The notes beneath the pieces were generated by a model. That model was not told the DNA's origin, searched no databases, and saw only the letters and a list, made by a program, of their open reading frames with translations. This document shows, piece by piece, positions 59,065-64,000 of a DNA stretch of 64,000 nucleotides. The DNA comes from Chrysemys picta bellii (Eukaryota), in NCBI RefSeq assembly GCF_011386835.1, contig NC_088807.1, positions 23,436,001 to 23,500,000 on the forward strand, in the 5' to 3' direction. Positions within the stretch are counted from its first letter, which is position 1. Each line of letters starts with the position of its first letter. The position numbers and the translations under genes are program-made.

Positions 59065-60384
59065 TCATGGAGCAGGTCCTCAGGGAATCAATTCTGAAGC
59101 ACTTAGAGGAGAGGAAAGTGATCAGGAACAGTCAGCATGGATTCACCAAGGGGAAGTCGTGCCTGACCAACCTGATTGCCTTCTATGAGGAGATAACTGG
59201 CTCTGTGGATGAGGGGAAAGCAGTGGATGTGTTATTCCTTGACTTTAACAAAGCTTTTGATACGGTCTCCCACAGTATTCTTGCCGGCAAGTTAAAGAAG
59301 TATGGGCTGGATGAATGGACTGTAAGGTGGATAGAAACCTGGCTAGATCGTCGGGCTCAACGGGTAGTGATCAATGGCTCCATGTCTAGTTGGCAGCCGG
59401 TTTCAAGCGGAGTGCCCCAAGGGTCGGTCCTGGGGCTGGTTTTGTTTAATATCTTTATTAATGATCTGGAGGATGGTGTGGACTGCACTCTCAGCAAGTT
59501 TGCAGATGACACGAAACTGGGAGGCGTGGTAGATACGCTGGATGGTAGGGGTCGGATACAGAGGGACCTAGACAAATTAGAGGATTGAGCCAAAAAAACC
59601 TGATGAGGTTCAACAAGGACAAGTGCAGAGTCCTGCACTTAGGACGGAAGAATCCCATGCACTGCTACAGACTAGGGACCGAATGGCTAGGTAGCAGTTC
59701 TGCAGAAAAGGACCTAGGGGTCACAGTGGACGAGAAGCTGGATACGAGTCAACAGTGTGCTCTTGTTGCCAAGAAGGCTAACGGCATTTTGGGCTGTATA
59801 AGTAGGGGCATTGCCAATAGATCGAGGAACGTGATCGTTCCCCTTTATTCAACATTGGTGAGGCCTCATCTGGAATACTGTGTCCAGTTTTGGGCCCCAC
59901 ACTACAAGGAGGATGTGGAAAAATTGGAGAGAGTCCAGCGGAGGGCAACAAAAATGATCAGGGGGCTGGAGCACATGACTTATGAGGAGAGGCTGAGGGA
60001 ACTGGGCTTGTTTAGTCTGCAGAAGAGAAGAGTGAGGGGGGATTTGATAGCAACCTTCAACTACCTGAAGGGGGGTTCCAAAGAGGATGGAGTTCGGCTG
60101 TTCTCAGTGGTGGCAGATGACAGAACAAGGAGCAATGGTCTCAAGTTGCCGTGGGGGAGGTTTAGGTTGGATATTAGGAAACACTATTTCACTAGGAGGG
60201 TGGTGAAGCACTGGAATGGGTTCCCTAGGGAGGTGGAATCTCCTTCCTTGGAGGTTTTTAAGACCCGGCTTGACAAAGCCCTGGCTGGGATGATTTAGTT
60301 GGGGATTGGTTCTGCTTTGAGCAGGGGGTTGGACTAGAACCTCCTGAGGTCCCTTCCAGCCCTGATATTCTTTGATTCTATGAT
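59065..60384 (+). mobile_element. 5'-truncated young CR1 LINE (RT C-terminal half) with one stop and adjacent frameshift near 59586
   Basis: [57 protein letters not shown]; ends ttctatgatt. Confidence 0.93.
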
Positions 60385-60584
60385 TAACGACACAGGATAG
60401 ATTTTAAGTGATATTAAGGGAAGCAGCGAATAAAACAAACACTGAAACTTAACTGACGAAACTGGTTACAAGCTATCAGAGGGGAGCCGGGTTAGTCTGG
60501 ATCTGTAGAAAGCGACAGAGAGTCCTGTGGCACCTTATAGACTAACGGAAGTATTGGAGCACAAGCTTTCGTGGGTGAATACAT

Positions 60585-61440
60585 CCAGGCCTACATCCTC
60601 CTGAACACGCACTGGCAGTTGGCGCCGCTCTTGCACATCAGGGAATTGAGGTGGGGGGCGGAGGGCGGGGCTGGGGACCCCGGGATGGATAGGCGGGTGG
60701 CCCAGTTACCTCTGTTCCCAAAAGGCCTCCGGCTGCCAGCACAGCCCCGCCCCCATGCTGCCCCCCCAGCCCAGCCGAGGGGCCGGTGACCCCAGCTCCA
60801 GCAGGACGCGTGTTGTTGGGGGGAGCAGAGCCACTGCTTGATCCCGGATCGGCCCCTTCAGCCGCAAGCCAGCCCAGGGGCAGGCGAGAACAGTCAGAGC
60901 AACAGTGTTTCCACCCCCACCCCCCGCCAGCTCTGCTGGTGCCCCTCCGGCCTGATCCGGGCCCCTCGCCACCCGCGGACGGACGGTGTGGGGAAGCCAA
61001 ACCAGGCCGGCGTCAGCACGCCACACCCCGGTCCCACAGCACTCAGAGCAGGGGGGCTGGGAGCCAGCAGGGGTGACATCCTGACATTCCTGGACCACCA
61101 CCCGGGCCGGAGCTAGACGTGAGGAAGCGTCACCGCTGGTGGTGGGGGGGGTGTTACTCACCCACATTCGCCCGGGGAGGGGGTTCTTGCTGCCTCCACT
61201 TCCCCTCTAAACCAGGTCAGTTTGTAACCAGTACGGCCTGGGTTTGGGGGAGCTAGGAAAGTGTTCGTAGACAAATCCGATCGGTCATTCCTGTTTTTCT
61301 GTTTTCTCTCACCCTTCTAAAGCACCAAGTAGGGGCAGAGAGAGGCCTGGGGTCAGAGAGGGCTGAGAACCAGGCAGCTCAGGTCATGGGGTCAGAGGGA
61401 CAGGACCCACCCCCCCAGTTCCCTAAAGTCCAGCCCTGGT
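60585..61440. pseudogene. Scrambled relic of a fourth FUT unit
   Basis: 60585-60640 reads QAYILLNTHWQLAPLLHI (compare [18 protein letters not shown]); followed by FUT-upstream blocks in mixed orientation. Confidence 0.6.
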
Positions 61441-61772
61441 GGCCAGGGGAGAGCACCCCCTGCTCCCAGCCCCACCTGCTCTAACCACTAGACCACACTC
61501 CCGTCCGAGAGCCGGGGAAAGAACCCAGGAGTCCTGGCTCCCAGCCCCCCAGCTCTAACTGTAGTAGTAGGATTTTATGTTTGTATTTTGTATAACTTAT
61601 AATGAAGGATAAAGGATAATAATGTCGTATGTAGTCAACGTATCCATGTATGGTAGGATTGGATGGGATTCTGCCGGCCACCCTGACTGGACAGCAGGAA
61701 GGAACGACCCTGGGTCTCAAGTTGCAGCAGGGGAGGTCTAGCTTGGATATTAAGAAAATCTTTTTCCCTAGG

Positions 61773-63187
61773 CAGGGCCGGCTCTAGGTTTTTTGCTGCC
61801 CCAAGCAAAAAAAATTTTGGCTGCTTCCCCCTCCCCCAGCACCTCCTGCCGCCCCAGCACTGGGCTCCCCGTCAAACGTGGGATCCGCTACCAGCACACG
61901 GCGGCCAAGCCCTGGCCCAGCCGTGACTCTGTCCCCATGCGGGTGGAGCTGCTGGGCGGCGCGGAGTGGGAGTACTTCCAGGTGGCGGTGCGGCTGCGGG
62001 GCGGAGAAAACGGCCCCTCCCTGGGCTTCGCGGCACTGCTGGTGGCCAAGGTGGATCAGTTCGTACTCACCGCCCTCACCCCTGACATGTTGGCGGCCGA
62101 GGACCTGGAGAGCCCCCTGGACCTGCTCTCTTCAGCCTCACCGCACCCTGGCCCAGCCCCGGCGGGCTGGAAGGCGAGGATCTCCGGCGGCGGGGCTACC
62201 TGCTCAGCACCGACGAGCCCAGCCGGCCGCTCACCTCTTCACACGCTCCGGGAGCCCCTCTCGCCGCAGCTCGGGCTCGGCTCCAGGGGACCCCGCTTCC
62301 CTCCCTCCCCGGCTCCTCACACACTCTGGGCAGAGCAGCCCAGAGGATTCAGGGGGCCTGGGGCAAAGCAATTTCGGGGGCCCCTTCCATAAAAAAAAGT
62401 TGCAATACTAGAGTAACATGTATTTGGAAATGTAAAAAGTAACCAGTGAGATAGATTCAAAAATTAATTTGTAACCATTTGAAAATACACTAAATACATT
62501 ATTTAAAAACATTCAATGCTTTAATGGGATGTCGACATTTGCAATTACATAATGGGCTGTCGCTGGGTGATGGTGATGGTTGGTGCCAATGGGCTGTCGC
62601 TGCCTGGGGGTGGTGCTACTGTTGCCCAGGGCTGGGTGGGGAGCTGGGCTCTGGGTTGAGGGGTGCCCGGATCACAGGGGCTGGGCTCAGGGCTGTGGGG
62701 AGATGGGGTTGGGGGGTGTCCGGCACAGAGGGGCTGGGCTCAGAGCTGGGGGTCAGGGCTGTGGGGAGATGGGGTCGGGGGGTGTCCGGCTCAGAGGGGC
62801 TGGGCTCGGCGCTGGGGGTCAGGGTTGTGGGGGATGGGCTCGGGGGGTGCCAGGCTTAGAGGGGCTGGTCTCGGAGCTGGGGGTCAGGGCAGTGGGGACT
62901 GCCGGAGCGGCGCCCGGGATACAGGGAGGGAGATGGGGTCCTGCTGCCGCTGCCGCGCCGAGTCCCCCCAGGGCAGCGCAGTACAGGGCGCCGCCGGGCT
63001 GGGCAGGGGGCACGGATCCCAGCTCGCGCTGACAGGGCGAGTGGCTGGGCCAGGGCTGGCTCCCGGTAATACCGCCCCAAGCAAAAAAATAAAAAATAAA
63101 AATAAAAAAGGGGGGCCGGAGTGCCGCCTCTTAGAAAGTGCCGCCCCAAGCACGTGCTTGGAGGGCTGGTGCCTAGAGCCGGCCCTG
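61773..63187. mobile_element. Non-autonomous hAT element carrying a captured gene fragment, inserted into a CR1 3' fragment
   Basis: TIRs CAGGGCCGGCTCTAGG / CCTAGAGCCGGCCCTG; perfect 8-bp TSD TCCCTAGG (61765-61772, 63188-63195). Confidence 0.9.
61880..62128 (+). pseudogene. Captured FREM2/FREM3-like coding fragment
   Basis: GIRYQHTAA...[11 protein letters not shown]...[14 protein letters not shown]...[27 protein letters not shown] resembles the N-terminal region of FREM2/FREM3 (recognised from memory, not searched). Confidence 0.75.
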
Positions 63188-63560
63188 TCCCTAGGGGGGG
63201 GGGTGAAGCACTGGAATGGGTTCCCTAGGGAGGTGGTGGAATCTCCTTCCTTAGAGGTTTTTAAGGCCCGGCTTGACAAAGCCCTGGCTGGGATGATTTA
63301 GCTGGGAATTGGTCCTGCTTTGAGCAGGGGGTTGGACTAGATACCTCCTGAGGTCCCTTCCAGCCCTGATCTTCTATGATTCCGGGTCGTTGGAAAAGAC
63401 GCACCAGCCAGGCAGACCAGAACGGTCCTTATGGCGGATTATGGCCCCCTTTGGTTTTAGGGGAAGTTTTCATGACAATGTTGGCTCTAAGGTCTTGTCT
63501 CTTATCTGCATTGCAAACGAAGTTGGGTATAGTTCTTTTGTAACCCCTATAGTAACCATG

Positions 63561-64000
63561 TGTGACGAACTGGGACTGTTCTTACCGTGGTCTGTGAATG
63601 CTGACAGGGGAGTGTGGCTGGGATAGTCTGCATTGCGGGATGGGAGTCTGCCCGAAGGCGCATACCTGAGTGTGTAATATGAGAACCCAGGAAGGGGTTG
63701 AAGGCCAGGTGACACCTTGGCCCGGGAAACTGAACAAAGGCGGTGGGAGGGGTCGCTGAAGGCAGAGTGTTGGAAGCGAGCTGGAGAGATGGCTGGGGGG
63801 GCAGAGATGGCTCTGACCTCCCAAGGGGGGCTGGGCTGGGATGCCCTGGGACCCCAAGATGAACCTAACTGAGGGGGTCCTGTTGTCGGTGCCTGCAAGA
63901 CCTGTCTTGGACTGTATTCCTGTCATCCAAATAAACCTTCTGCTTTACTGGCTGGCTGAGAGTCATGGTGAATCGCAGGAAGCCGGGGGTGCAGGGCCCT
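63561..64000 (+). mobile_element. LTR of the same Gypsy family as 21176-25243 (runs off the window)
   Basis: Starts TGTGACGAACTGGGACTGTTCTT; collinear with 21176-21630, including AATAAA. Confidence 0.9.

Overview
GC-rich vertebrate genomic DNA, probably turtle (inferred from the CR1, hAT, Harbinger, Penelope-like and Gmr1-like Gypsy repeat landscape), homologous to human 19q13.33. Left to right: coding exon 1 of SLC17A7/VGLUT1 (-; the rest lies outside the window), complete PIH1D1 (-, 9 coding exons, 287 aa), an ETS-motif-rich bidirectional promoter, complete ALDH16A1 (+, 17 exons, about 825 aa, one apparent homopolymer frameshift), then three intact intronless FUT2-like alpha-1,2-fucosyltransferases (-,-,+) plus a scrambled relic. 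Most unusual: (1) a young non-autonomous Gmr1-like Gypsy element 9 bp after an ALDH16A1 splice donor whose two ~480-bp LTRs are INVERTED, with PBS, PPT and a 5-bp TSD intact; (2) a hAT element carrying an in-frame FREM2/FREM3 coding fragment; (3) several unrelated intronic minisatellites that each repeat a CTCF-like motif; (4) FUT paralogues diverging in dense patches, one entirely non-synonymous, next to functional motifs. All calls come from manual reading; no searches were run.
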